NCBI GenBank assembly: GCA_963815455.1
Contig: CAWFGO010000001.1
Location: 1,344,001-1,408,000, forward strand
Direction of reading: 5' to 3'
Length of the DNA: 64,000 bases
Source of the DNA: an uncultured Verrucomicrobiae bacterium
GTDB lineage: Bacteria; Verrucomicrobiota; Verrucomicrobiia; Chthoniobacterales; UBA10450
Numbering within the stretch: position 1 is the first letter of the stretch; each line of letters starts with the position of its first letter. The notes below the pieces were generated by a model, which saw only the letters and a list, made by a program, of their open reading frames with translations, was not told the DNA's origin and did not search any database. The position numbers and the translations under genes were made by a program. Of this stretch, positions 42,796 through 53,835 are shown piece by piece.

Positions 42796-42998
42796 GACGT
42801 TCGAATGCAGCAAGTCCCTGGCCTTGTTCCATACGATGAGGATGCGGTAAATACGCATTGCAGGCTGCGGTAAACGCCTATTACCGCGGGGACCGTCGGG
42901 GCCATTTCGGCGGGCGTGCACGCGCTTTGCACACCATTAGTGATCGAAAGACTGATTGAGAAATGCAATCGGAACTACAAACGAGGAAAGTGATTCGG

Positions 42999-43542
42999 CT
43001 ACAACGGAACGGAGAGGCGGCTGCGCAATTCGTCGACTTCGAGCAAGGCTTTCTCCAGCTCTTTGACCCGATTGGCCAACGACTCCTGCAGATTGAGAAT
43101 GCGAAGGCCGACGTGGACGCGCGCAAGCAATTCGTCCTTATCGAACGGCTTCACCAGATAGTCATCCGCCCCGTTTTCAAGCCCTTCCACCAGACTTTCT
43201 TTGAAAGCACGCGCCGTAAGCAAAATGATGTGCGCCGGCTTACCAATCTCTCGAATGCGCCGGCAAACTTCCAAGCCATCCATCCCGGGCATCATCCAAT
43301 CGAGAATCACTACCGCCGGGCCCTGCTCGGCACGGATAGCTGCCATCGCTTCGTGCCCGTCCTGCGTCACGACACTTCGAAAACCCCATTTGCTCACGAG
43401 GGTCGAAATCACGTCGCGTGAGACCGGATCGTCTTCTGCGATGATGATTGGTATTGTGCCGATATCGCCTTCTGCGGAAGCCTGCGCCGCTCCGCTGCGC
43501 GATTCGATACCAGATCCCCACGACGGCGTGAATTTTATCCAT
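42999..43542 (-). CDS. Response regulator (receiver + coiled coil); 5' end out of frame
   Basis: PIIIAEDD lies in frame upstream of the called GTG; ILDWMMPGMDG, DDYLVKP. ATG at 43542 fits with one +1 indel. Confidence 0.75.
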
Positions 43543-43578
43543 TTGGGATCGGCTTGAAACGAGGTCCTGCCCGTAGCG

Positions 43579-44844
43579 CTAACGAATGACCAACGCGGGA
43601 TGACTCTGCGTTTGATTGTGCGCTGCCTGCAAACCTTCTTCCGCGTGAGTGCGGTCCGTGGTCGGAAGCAAGTGGGTCTTCTCTTTGAACAACCAGGTCA
43701 ACGCTTTGACCGCTAATTCGACCGAGAGGAATGGTTTCGCGATGAAATCGTTGCCGCCAGATAAACGCGATTGTGCCCGACTCTCGAAATCAGAATGGGC
43801 CGTGATGAAGACCACCGGCGTGGCGCAATTCGTGGCCATCTTCCGGATTTTGGCGCAAAGATCCAAGCCGCTTCGTCCCGGCATTTCGACGTCTAGAAAT
43901 ATGAGATCGAAATGACTTCTGGCGGCGAGATCTTCCGCTGCGATCGGGTCCTCCACGCTCGTCACGCACACGTTGGCTTTCTCGAGCGCAGCGCAGGTCG
44001 CCTCACGCGAAACAATTTCGTCGTCCACCACCAGAATCGCCGGCGTGTCCGGCGATTCTCTCTCAGATAACGATGCGCGATCGAACAGGAACGCCAATAA
44101 GTCCAATGCCTGCGCGAGAGTTCGGGTGACAGACGGAGAAATTTTTGCCGGCTTCGTGCAAATTTGAAAGAGAAGCGCCTCCAAGGCCGCGGCCAGTTGC
44201 GCGATTTTACCAAAGCCGGCAACGCCCGCCGCTCCGGCGAGCAAACGCGCTTGCCGGTACATTGCGCGAAGTTCGATTAAACGCAGGTTTTCGGTGCTGC
44301 CGTTAACGAACGCGTGATGGCCATTGCGCAGTTTCAGAATCTTGTAGGGGGTGTCGCCGAGAAAATCCGCGACCAGTTTGCTTTGGAATTCTTTCTCAAA
44401 CTCTGCCGAAGCGGTTGCCGGCGGCGGCGTGCTGTCGCCGGCCGGTTGACCTGCTGCGAACACATCGTGCACGATCCCCATCATTTGCCCCGGTGTGCAT
44501 TCCGCTCTTTTGATGCACCGAGTGGCACCTTCGGCTGAAGCAGCCTGCATCAGTCCCGGAGCATATGCATTCGTCAAAACAATGACGGGCAGAGTCTCCC
44601 CTCGAGGCTGGTTGCGAAGCGTTTTGAGAACTTCCACCCCGTTCATTCCAGGCAAGGACAAGTCGAGAATGACGAGATCGAATGACTGTTCCGCGAGTTT
44701 GTACAGGGCCATCTCGCCGTCGCTGGCCAGATCGACATCGTAGCGTTCGCTCTGAAATTTTCTCTGATAAATGTCGGCCACCGCGGCGTCGTCCTCGATG
44801 ATAAGCACCTTTCTTGGTTTAGTAGGATTAAAAATTCTCTTCAT
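43579..44844 (-). CDS. REC-Hpt-like-REC signalling protein
   Basis: VLIIEDD...LDLSLPG; helical LAGAAGVAGFGKIAQLAAALE; ILVVDDE...LDVEMPG...IAKP. Confidence 0.85.
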   Translation of the reverse strand: MKRIFNPTKPRKVLIIEDDAAVADIYQRKFQSERYDVDLASDGEMALYKLAEQSFDLVILDLSLPGMNGVEVLKTLRNQPRGETLPVIVLTNAYAPGLMQAASAEGATRCIKRAECTPGQMMGIVHDVFAAGQPAGDSTPPPATASAEFEKEFQSKLVADFLGDTPYKILKLRNGHHAFVNGSTENLRLIELRAMYRQARLLAGAAGVAGFGKIAQLAAALEALLFQICTKPAKISPSVTRTLAQALDLLAFLFDRASLSERESPDTPAILVVDDEIVSREATCAALEKANVCVTSVEDPIAAEDLAARSHFDLIFLDVEMPGRSGLDLCAKIRKMATNCATPVVFITAHSDFESRAQSRLSGGNDFIAKPFLSVELAVKALTWLFKEKTHLLPTTDRTHAEEGLQAAHNQTQSHPALVIR

Positions 44845-45335
44845 GGAATTATGAGTCTTGCACCAAGAATTTTTCGCGGATGCGAGGACGGTGTCTTCTC
44901 CACCAAATGATGAGCGATCTCGATCTTCAAGGCGTTCAGGGAAGATAGGATATCGGCGACGAAGCAGATCATGGCACCCAACACAAACAAAACGCTCAGT
45001 CCGAAGGTGAAAAGCACTGCCGTCTCCATCTTTGCTCCGGCGAAAACCAGAACGAACAGCAAGACAATCATCAAACAGCAAGCAAAAATGCTGGCGATAA
45101 TGAAGACAATCGAGGCGCGAAGCAATTTTGCTCGTCGAAAGAGTATGATCAATTGGTGAAGATCGCGGGTAGGGTGGGCTTGATCTTCATCCAGCGCTGA
45201 GACCAGGGCACGAGCGCGGTCGATTACGCGTCCCAGTCGGTTTGTAATGGAGAGCAGCAACAGACCAACGCCCGATATGATGGCAACGGGCGAGATCGAG
45301 AGCTGAAGGAGACGGGTAAAAGACTCAGTGTCCAC
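44841..45335 (-). CDS. DUF2721-like membrane protein
   Basis: SISPVAIISGVGLLLLSITNRLGRVIDRAR plus two further TMs. Confidence 0.8.
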   Translation of the reverse strand: MDTESFTRLLQLSISPVAIISGVGLLLLSITNRLGRVIDRARALVSALDEDQAHPTRDLHQLIILFRRAKLLRASIVFIIASIFACCLMIVLLFVLVFAGAKMETAVLFTFGLSVLFVLGAMICFVADILSSLNALKIEIAHHLVEKTPSSHPRKILGARLIIP

Positions 45336-45413
45336 GCGATGAATCGTCAGGCATTGAGTAGCCGTCAATATGCCTCGTGCCCGACGGAAACTACGGATTC
45401 GCCGCCGCGCCAA

Positions 45414-45557
45414 CTACGCAGCGGTCGTATTCATCGCAGCAGGAACACGAGACTCCGCGTTCAATTTCGCGATTTCTTTCTGGAGACACTGCGGGCAGAA
45501 ACCATGGCTGAATCCCGATCCGGTTTGCTGCTCGATGTAGGTCTCGAACTGCTGCCC
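45414..45557 (-). pseudogene. Orphan remnant of an SHGxCPxC signalling C-terminal domain
   Basis: Frame reads GQQFETYIEQQTGSGFSHGFCPQCLQKE..., with an in-frame TAA just upstream and no start codon. Confidence 0.55.
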
Positions 45558-45629
45558 CCGGCTTTAATGGCGAGATTTCGAGCTCGAATGGCGTTGAAGA
45601 ACTGCGCTCTTAAAAATTTTCAACACGAG

Positions 45630-48600
45630 TCACTTGGATGTCGTCGCCCCGCTCAAAGCATCGCGCACAGTGGTAAGCAAACTTTGTTTATCGTAAGGCT
45701 TCGCCAGAAAACTGGAGACGGCCAACCCTTGCAGCTCTGAAACACGGACGTCTTCCTGGCCGGTCGAGGCGATGAAGGTCATGTCGGGCTTGATGTGTTT
45801 TATCGCGCGGATCAACGCCACGCCGTCCATGTACGGCATTGAGATGTCAGTCAGCACTGCGTCTATCGGTTGTTTCGCTTGTGCGATGATGGCCAGCGCC
45901 TCCGGTCCGTCTTTCGCGCAGACAGCATGGTAATTGTGTTGGTCCAGGATCATTTGCGTAGTGCGAAGAATCCCCGGCTCATCATCAACCACCAGAATTT
46001 GTTCGGCATGTCCATTCAACCGCTCGAACGCCAACTTCGACGGGCGAGCGACTGCGGCGGAGGCATCAGCCGGCAGGAAAACCTGAAAGGTAGTTCCACT
46101 TCCAATCTCGCTCTCGACCGAGATAAAGCCGCCATGGCTTTTTGCGATTCCCAGCGCTGTGGAAAGCCCGAGCCCAGTGCCCTTGCCAAGTTCTTTGGTT
46201 GTGAAAAACGGATCGAAGATTTTATTGATCACAGCGTGCGACATACCGCAGCCTGTATCGCTCACGCGCAACAGCACATACGAACCTGGTTTGGCACCGG
46301 GTGTCATGGAAGCATACTGCTCGTCCACCTCAAAGCTTTTGGCCTCAATTACAAGGGAGCCACCATTGGGCATGGCATCGCGGCCGTTGACGGAAAGATT
46401 TAACAATACTTGATGGAGTTGTGTGGGATCTCCCATGATTGGGCAGAGATCTTCCGGATAGCGACCGGTGATCGAGATTGCCTTAGGAAAAGTCTTCTGG
46501 GCGATCTCGGTAATCTCCTGAACGAGATGACCGGCATTGAGTAAGACGCGCTCTCCCTCGACTCCACGCGCGAAAGTGAGCACCTGCTTGACTATGCTGG
46601 CCCCGCGGCGCGCGCTTTCTTCGATCATGGAAACCAATGGGGCATTGTCTCTCTCCGGTCTGTTCTCACTCAGCATCTCGGAGCACATCAAAATCGGAGA
46701 AAGAATATTATTTAAATCATGGGCCACGCCGCTCGCGAGTGTTCCAATACTCTCGAGGCGTTGCGCACGGAGGAGCTGTATCTCGAGTTTTTTCTGTTCG
46801 GTGATGTCGGTGTTAATCCCGAGGATCGCGCGCGGAGAGCCGTCGTCATTTCGAATGAGGGTGATGCGAGCGTCGACAATTACTTCACGGCCATTCTTGG
46901 CCCGACGTTTTATCTCCCCGCGAAATTCGCTGCTCGTAACCAGCTGTTCTAGCAGCGCCTCGCGAGCGTTCGGCTCGGCGAAAATCAGTTCATGGATTGG
47001 TCGCCCCATAGCTTCGTCGGCGCTCCACCCATAAAGGGATTCTGCTCCTGCATTCCAGAAGGTCACTCGCTGATCGGAAAAATTCCGGATGATAATGGCG
47101 TCGTGGGCGCGGCCAATAATGTCAGCCTGCTCCCGCAGGCGCTCCTCTGTCCGCTTCCGCCCAGTGATGTCGTTGATCAGCACCACTCTCGCGCGTCGTC
47201 CGAGCCAGGTCAGGTCTTGCGAACTGATTTCCACATCAATCATCGTCCTGTCTTTCCGGCAATGTCGCCATTGGATCGGACTCTTCGCGTCGCCAGTTTT
47301 TCCCGACAGGTCATCCATCAGAGCGGGGATATCTTCAGTAGGGCGAATGTCCTTGATGGTCATTGCCAGAAATTCGTCTTGCGAATAGCCGTAGTGTCGG
47401 ACTGCGGCCGCGTTCACGGCCAGAAACGCAAGCGTTTCGAGATCGTAAACCCACATCGGGCTGGGATTGCTTTCAAATAAGGCTCGATACCGCTCTTCAC
47501 TTGCCCGCATCACCTCTTCCGCATTTTTGCGGTCGGTAATATCGCGCGAAACCGTGTGGAAGATGTCAACTTCTCCGTTGGCGGCTTTGCGGGCCAGCAA
47601 TGCCATCAAGATTGGGACCTCACTACCGTTCCGGTGCAGAAGCGCGCCCTCACCCTCCCATAAGCCGTCGCGTAGAGCCGCGGGCAAGATGACTTCGGCA
47701 ATTCGTTTGTTCATCCAGGCCGGATGCACATCGCTAATCTTGAGCTTGCCTAGGTCCTCGTGTTCCCCAATTCCGCACATCGTCCGTCCGTGCTTGTTGA
47801 TGTATTGGATTTGCGTGGTTCTACGATCGGCGAAGCCAATAAAGTCCGGGCTCGCCTCAACGATGGCAGCCAACCGATCGCGTTGCACTTCCGCCAGTTT
47901 GCGCTCGGTAATGTCGGTCCACACGCCCACCATTTCGACCGCTTGCCCGGTCCCATCGCGAATAATCTGACTCGTATCCTCGAGCCAGTGGTATGTCCCG
48001 TTTTTGTGGCGAAGACGATATTCCATGGAATAGCCGTCTTCTCCCTTGAGCGATTTGGCCAGGACGCTTACGACACGGTCGCGGTCGTCAGGATGTAAAC
48101 TCTCTAGCCACCAGTCGTATCGCGCGGATTCGGCGACGGTGAATCCGAGCATTCGTTGAATGTTTTCGCTGACAAAGACCGGAGTCGCGCGCTCGCCTTC
48201 GATACGCAGCGAGTAGATGACGGCCGGGGTATTGGCGAGTACCTGACGCAATTCTTCATTAAGCTTTCGAATTTCACTTTCCGCGCGTTTCCGCTTCGTA
48301 ATCTCGGTGCGAATCGCAACGTACTGGCGAGGTTTCCCATCCTTGTCCAGAAACGGAACAATGGTCGCATCGACCCAATAGAAGGAACCGTCCTTGGCTT
48401 TGTTTTTGATTTCACCTTTCCAAACTTTTCCGTGCGTGATGGTGGTCCAAAGGTCACGGATGAACTCCTTGGGATGATAGTCTGAGTTAATGATGCGATG
48501 GTCCTGACCCAACAACTCTTCGCGTGAATACTTGGAGATGGCGCAGAACTTGTCGTTGACGTAGGTGATTTTTCCCTGCGGGTCGGTGATAGCCACGATG

Positions 48601-49935
48601 GCGTGTTCATCCAGCGCGGCCTTCAAGTCGCAAATTTCTTTGAAGGAATCTTTTAGTTGATCTTCGGTTCTCTTGCGCTCGGTGATGTCCAGATACGTAC
48701 CGACCACGCCGGTGATCTCCCCCGTGAAACTGCGCGATGGGATCTTGCTTGTAAGAATCGTGACGATATTCCCTTCGGGCGTCGTCAGGGGTTCTTCGAT
48801 GAGAAGCTTGGAGCCTCCGCTCTCGATGACTTCGCGGTCATCGCCACGATACAGTTCCGCCTGATCACGCCAGCCCATCTGGTAATCATCTTTCCCGATG
48901 ACTTCCTTCGGATCGGCAAATCCGGCATCGCGCGCGAAGGCCATGTTACAGCCCAGGTAAACGAGATTCTTGTCTTTCCAGAATACCCGCGCGGGTATCG
49001 CATTAATTATACCTTCGATGATCTGCTGTGATGCACGCAGCGCCTCTTCCGCTCGCATTCGCTCGGTATTTTCCGCCTGCAACGATTCATTGATGTTTGC
49101 CAGTTCAGCGGTGCGCTCTCCGACTCGCACCTCCAGTCCCGCATGGGCCTGGCGGAGACTTTCCTCCGCCTCTGCGCGTTGCCGGAAGCTATCCAACAAT
49201 TGGGCGCGCCATCCTCGCACTCCGCGCGCTACCGAAATCCACGCCAGAAGCGATACTCCGCAGACAGCCAGAGCACCGATTAGTGAGAGCCAATCAATAA
49301 GTTGGTCGTCTCGCAAATGCTCATCAAATTCGCGCCTGATTTGGCCGGTGAATGACGCTATGCCTCCCGCGTAAATCTGTTTCTGGGTTTCATACTCGGG
49401 ACTGACCAACACAGCTTGCGCCTCCTCCTTGCGGCCGGCGCGAACCAACGCAAAGGCGCGGTTTTCCATTTCCACCAACCTGATATTCGCCGCGTTTGTC
49501 TTGGTCGGCGGCTTTGATGTTGGAGAAGTTGGTCTCAGTTTTTGTTGTTTCCTTGATTGCGGCATCTAGTTGCGGTTCGAAATGGCGATAACGCTCTTCC
49601 CACCGCGAATCTCCCATGGCCGCCGCCATGCGCGCGGACATCGTCAACACTTCATCCAGATGGGTGATGACGCCTCGGAGTTCCTCGACTCGCGACAGGC
49701 CTGTGAGCTCTTTCGCATCGCGACGCGCATCGAAGATAATCCAGCCAAACCCGGCGAAAGCCACGACCGTCAGGAGACAAGCAAGGGTTAGAAGCCCGAT
49801 CGGAAAACGGATGGCCGTTATCGCATCACCGCGGGCGACGTTTTGTTGGGATGACAATCGTTCTTTTTTCGAATGATCTCCCGCGGCGATAACCTTGGAG
49901 ACGTCGTGCGCCTTCGTTCTGGAGACAGATTTCAC
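45630..49935 (-). CDS. Membrane multi-PAS hybrid histidine kinase (2 TM, 6 PAS, HisKA, HATPase, REC), +1 frameshift near 49507
   Basis: ORFs 49390..49935 and 45630..49565 join at [36 protein letters not shown]. Confidence 0.88.
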
Positions 49936-52900
49936 TTTGGCGTGGCTGCCAGAGCGTGGCGCAAAGTCTGGAGCAGTTTGCCGGTGTCGTAAGGTTTGGT
50001 CAGAAGACCAGCAATGCCTAGCGCTTCGAGCTCCGAGTCGTTCGCTCCTTCGCCTTGTCCAGTCGACGCGATGATTGAGACATCCGGCTTCATTTTCTTA
50101 AGCGCGCGGGCCAGGACCATGCCATCCATGAACGGCATGGAAAGGTCCGTGAGCACAAGGCGGATGGATTGCATCTGTTGCGCAAAAATGGCGAGGGCCT
50201 CCGGTCCGTCGCTGGCAGAAATCACGCGATAATTATTTTTCTCAAGAATCATTTTCGTGATGCGAGCGATGCTCTCCTCATCGTCCACAACGAGGATGAG
50301 TTCACCGTTCCCTTGAAGAGGCCCGAGTGGAGCTTTCGCCTTTTGAAGCTCCTCATCACTAGTCGCGGCGGGTAAGCACACCTTGAATGTGGTTCCCTCG
50401 CCGATCTCGCTGTAGACGGAAAGGAACCCGCCATGGCTTTTGACAATCCCCAACGCAGTTGAAAGTCCCAAGCCGGTGCCTTTGCCGACTGCCTTGGTCG
50501 TAAAAAAAGGATCGAAAATTCTGTCGACTGTGGCGCGGCACATTCCGGCACCTGTGTCGCTGACGTTAAACAAAACATGCGGGCCAACTGTCGCGTCCGG
50601 CACCATTGCCGCGTATCCGTCATCAACGTCGACATTCTCCGCCGCGACGACGAGCGAGCCACCATCGGGCATGGAATCGCGCGCGTTGACACAAAGATTG
50701 AGCAAGACCTGATGCAATTGGGTTGGATCCCCTTTAATCGACCAAAGATCTTCCGGGCAGCGGCTTTTGATTTCGATCGCTTTCGGAAACGTCTTTCGCG
50801 CGATGTCGACCACTTCCTCAATGAGATGACGGGGATTAAGGGTGACGCGTTGACCTTCGATCCCACGCGCGAAGGTCAAAACTTGTTTAACAATTCCCTC
50901 ACCCCGCCGCGCGCTCCCTGCGATCATGGAAATGAGTGGAGCCTGGCCTTCCTCCGTTTTCTCGTCGCCAAGCATCTCGGCACACATCAAGATCGGAGTC
51001 AAAACGTTGTTCAAGTCGTGGGCCACACCGCTGGCCAGGGTGCCGATGCTTTCCAGGCGCTGGGAGCGAAGCAACTGCACTTCCAGCTTTTTTTGCTCGG
51101 TGATGTCCGTGTTGATACTCACGACAGAACGCGGAATACCCTCCGGGTCCCGCACGATTGTGGACCGCGCATCGACAAGGAGCTCCCGGCCACCTTTAGT
51201 AATTTGCCTGAGCTCGCCGTGAAATTCCCCGGTAGAGATGAGAATTCTTAGCGGCCCTTCTCGGTCATTTAAATCCGCGTAGAGCAATTCAGCGGTTGGC
51301 TTGCCGATCGCTTCGTCCGCGCTCCAGCCGTATAAGCGCTCCGCCCCCTTGTTCCAAAGAATGATCCGCTGATCTTCGAAGTTGCGGATAATGATGGCGT
51401 CGTGAGCACGATCGATGATGTCCGCCTGCTCGCGTAAGCGCACTTCCGCGCTCTTTCGCTCGGTAACGTCGATTCCGGTGACGATTCGAGCGGCAGTTCC
51501 TTCCCACACAACCGGTCCCGAATAAACCTCCACCAGAATCACCGATCCATCTTTCTTCCTGTGTCGAAATTGGCCGCTGAAATGTGCCGGTGACCCTGAA
51601 GATGTGACTGACTTCATTAAGTCCGGCGCATCTTCGGCTCGACGCAAATCAGTCAGTGTCAATTTCACAAATTCTTTGCGCGAGTAACCGTATTGTTGAA
51701 TCGCCGCTTCGTTCACGGCCAAAATCTGCAGACTCTTCGCATCGAAAACCCACATCGAATTCGGATTGGTTTCGAAAAGCAGTCGATACTGCTCCGCCTG
51801 CAACTGTTGGCGCGCGTCGGCCACGAACTGTTCGGTAATATCCCTGAACGTGACAATGCTGCCGGTGATTTGGCCCCTTTCCTCCTTGATCGGGGCGGTG
51901 ACATAATCGACCCGAAAAGAACTCCCGTCCTTCCGCCAAAAGACATCATTGGTTACACGCTGGGTTGCCGGGGCACGCATATCTGCGTGAATCGAACGCG
52001 ATCCATTGGAAGAACTGCTCCCGTCACTCTTGCCGTGATGAATAATGGAATGGGCCGGCTTGCCCAGAAGTTCGTCGCTTGTCCACCCGAGCAAGTTCGC
52101 GCCTTTCGGGTTAATGAAATTTATGTTCCCGTCAGAATCGAGGCCATAAATCCCTTCGCCTGCGCAATTGAGAATTAATTTCGACTGACGCTGTAAGTCG
52201 TTAAGTGTTTTTTCGGCGCACTTCCGTTCGGTGATGTCTGTCCATACGCCCACCGCTTCCGTAGCCCGACCGTTGGATCCATGAATCATGCGATTATTGT
52301 CTTCAATCCAATGGTAGCTGCCGTCCTTGTGCCGGATCCGATATTCCATCGAGTAGCCATCTCCGGTCAGCGACTTAGCCAGAACATCCAGAACCCGCTC
52401 CCGATCTTCAGGATGCAGACTATCCAGCCACCATTCGTACCGGGTAGATTCCGCCACTCTAAACCCAAGGAGACGCTCGATATTATCGCTAACTACTACC
52501 GGCGTGATCGTTTGGCCGTCGATTTTCAGTCTGTAAATCACCGCCGGGCTATGGGCCAACAACTGGCGCAACTCCCTGTGCGCGATCTCCAGCTGCTCGT
52601 TTTTTTCCTCGAGCTTTGATACGAGCCGCTCACTGTATTCCTCCATCACGTCGGATTGGGGAATCGTGCCTATCGAACGGACGGTATGTTCTTTGCCCGT
52701 AACCCGATGCAGAGCGCCAATGATTTTCTCCGCCGGTGCTGGCTTGAGCAAGAACAGATCCGCTCCCACGTCGAAAGAGAGTCTCTCATCGCTCGGGGAA
52801 GTGTAGGTAGCTGTATAGTGGATAAACGGCACATGCTTGAACGCTTTGCGTTTTCTCACTTCAGAGCAGAGCCGATAGCCGTCCATTCTCGGCATTAGGA

Positions 52901-53054
52901 TGTCAGAGATAACGGCATCGGCGCCGTGCGATTCGAGAAGTTGCAATGCCTCTACGCCGTCGGCCGCGTCCGCCACTGTGTGGCCTTCGGCTTCCAGCGT
53001 AGCGTGCAGGAGCTTCAGGTTGATCGGCTGATCATCGACAATTAGGATGTTCAT
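49932..53054 (-). CDS. Hybrid histidine kinase REC-4xPAS-HisKA-HATPase-REC
   Basis: ILIVDD; four PAS units ending DITE/DVTE; GVAHDLNN; GTGLGL; C-terminal receiver. Confidence 0.93.
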   Translation of the reverse strand: MNILIVDDQPINLKLLHATLEAEGHTVADAADGVEALQLLESHGADAVISDILMPRMDGYRLCSEVRKRKAFKHVPFIHYTATYTSPSDERLSFDVGADLFLLKPAPAEKIIGALHRVTGKEHTVRSIGTIPQSDVMEEYSERLVSKLEEKNEQLEIAHRELRQLLAHSPAVIYRLKIDGQTITPVVVSDNIERLLGFRVAESTRYEWWLDSLHPEDRERVLDVLAKSLTGDGYSMEYRIRHKDGSYHWIEDNNRMIHGSNGRATEAVGVWTDITERKCAEKTLNDLQRQSKLILNCAGEGIYGLDSDGNINFINPKGANLLGWTSDELLGKPAHSIIHHGKSDGSSSSNGSRSIHADMRAPATQRVTNDVFWRKDGSSFRVDYVTAPIKEERGQITGSIVTFRDITEQFVADARQQLQAEQYRLLFETNPNSMWVFDAKSLQILAVNEAAIQQYGYSRKEFVKLTLTDLRRAEDAPDLMKSVTSSGSPAHFSGQFRHRKKDGSVILVEVYSGPVVWEGTAARIVTGIDVTERKSAEVRLREQADIIDRAHDAIIIRNFEDQRIILWNKGAERLYGWSADEAIGKPTAELLYADLNDREGPLRILISTGEFHGELRQITKGGRELLVDARSTIVRDPEGIPRSVVSINTDITEQKKLEVQLLRSQRLESIGTLASGVAHDLNNVLTPILMCAEMLGDEKTEEGQAPLISMIAGSARRGEGIVKQVLTFARGIEGQRVTLNPRHLIEEVVDIARKTFPKAIEIKSRCPEDLWSIKGDPTQLHQVLLNLCVNARDSMPDGGSLVVAAENVDVDDGYAAMVPDATVGPHVLFNVSDTGAGMCRATVDRIFDPFFTTKAVGKGTGLGLSTALGIVKSHGGFLSVYSEIGEGTTFKVCLPAATSDEELQKAKAPLGPLQGNGELILVVDDEESIARITKMILEKNNYRVISASDGPEALAIFAQQMQSIRLVLTDLSMPFMDGMVLARALKKMKPDVSIIASTGQGEGANDSELEALGIAGLLTKPYDTGKLLQTLRHALAATPK

Positions 53055-53071
53055 GCGAGGCGAGACTTGGT

Positions 53072-53437
53072 TCAGGCTCTTGCCGCAGCGGTCGCGACTT
53101 GTTGCGGAAGTGTGCGTGTATCGACCGGCTTAAGAATGAACGCATCGCAGCCCGCGGCGAATGCTTCGGCCTCGGAGAAGATTTCCACTGCTGCAGTGAT
53201 GGCGACGATCGGAATCGCCTGCGTCTCCGGATCGTTCTTCAATATTCGCGCGAGATTGAGTCCGTCCATGCCCGGGAGTTTGAGGTCGAGCAAAATAACG
53301 TCGGGCTGATTAGCTTTAACTTCTTCCGCAGCCTGCTCGGCTGAGCCATTGCAATGGACGCGATGGCCGCTAAAGCTTAAGACCGCGCTCAGGAGCTTCA
53401 TGTCGGTAGGATCGTCTTCGACAAGGAGGATGTTCAT
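53072..53437 (-). CDS. Single-domain response regulator (DivK-like)
   Basis: ILLVEDD, LDLKLPGMDG, AITA, ILKP. Confidence 0.9.
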   Translation of the reverse strand: MNILLVEDDPTDMKLLSAVLSFSGHRVHCNGSAEQAAEEVKANQPDVILLDLKLPGMDGLNLARILKNDPETQAIPIVAITAAVEIFSEAEAFAAGCDAFILKPVDTRTLPQQVATAAARA

Positions 53438-53835
53438 GGTGTGTTCGCTTTGGATTTGGCGGCGGTAGCCAGGATTTCTGCCACTTGGCCGGGAAACCTG
53501 CGGGTTTCAATGGGTTTGGTGATGTAGCTGTAACAACCCGCTTCACGCGCCTTATCTTCATCGCCTTTCATGGCGAAGGCGGTGAGCGCGACAATGGGAA
53601 TATGCTGATAGGAAGGATTGGCCTTGAGCAGGCGGGTTAGGGTCAGCCCATCCATCCCGGGCATTTGAATGTCCATTAGAATGAGGTCGGGTTGTGTGTG
53701 TTTGAGAACCTCCTGCGCTTCATCGGCGTCGCGGGCGCGAGCAATCGTATGGCCTTCACATTCCAGCACCTCCGCCGCGAGTTTCAGGTTCGTGGGGTTG
53801 TCGTCCACGATGAGAACCGTCGCTGATGGGCTCAT
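53434..53835 (-). CDS. Single-domain response regulator (DivK-like)
   Basis: VLIVDDN, MDIQMPGMDG, ALTAFAMKGD, YITKP. Confidence 0.92.
   Translation of the reverse strand: MSPSATVLIVDDNPTNLKLAAEVLECEGHTIARARDADEAQEVLKHTQPDLILMDIQMPGMDGLTLTRLLKANPSYQHIPIVALTAFAMKGDEDKAREAGCYSYITKPIETRRFPGQVAEILATAAKSKANTP

Noticed and set aside
44684..44716. Motif-like CGAGAT-N15-CGCGGAACAG
   Set aside because: Inside a coding sequence, mismatched in both elements, and no downstream start codon
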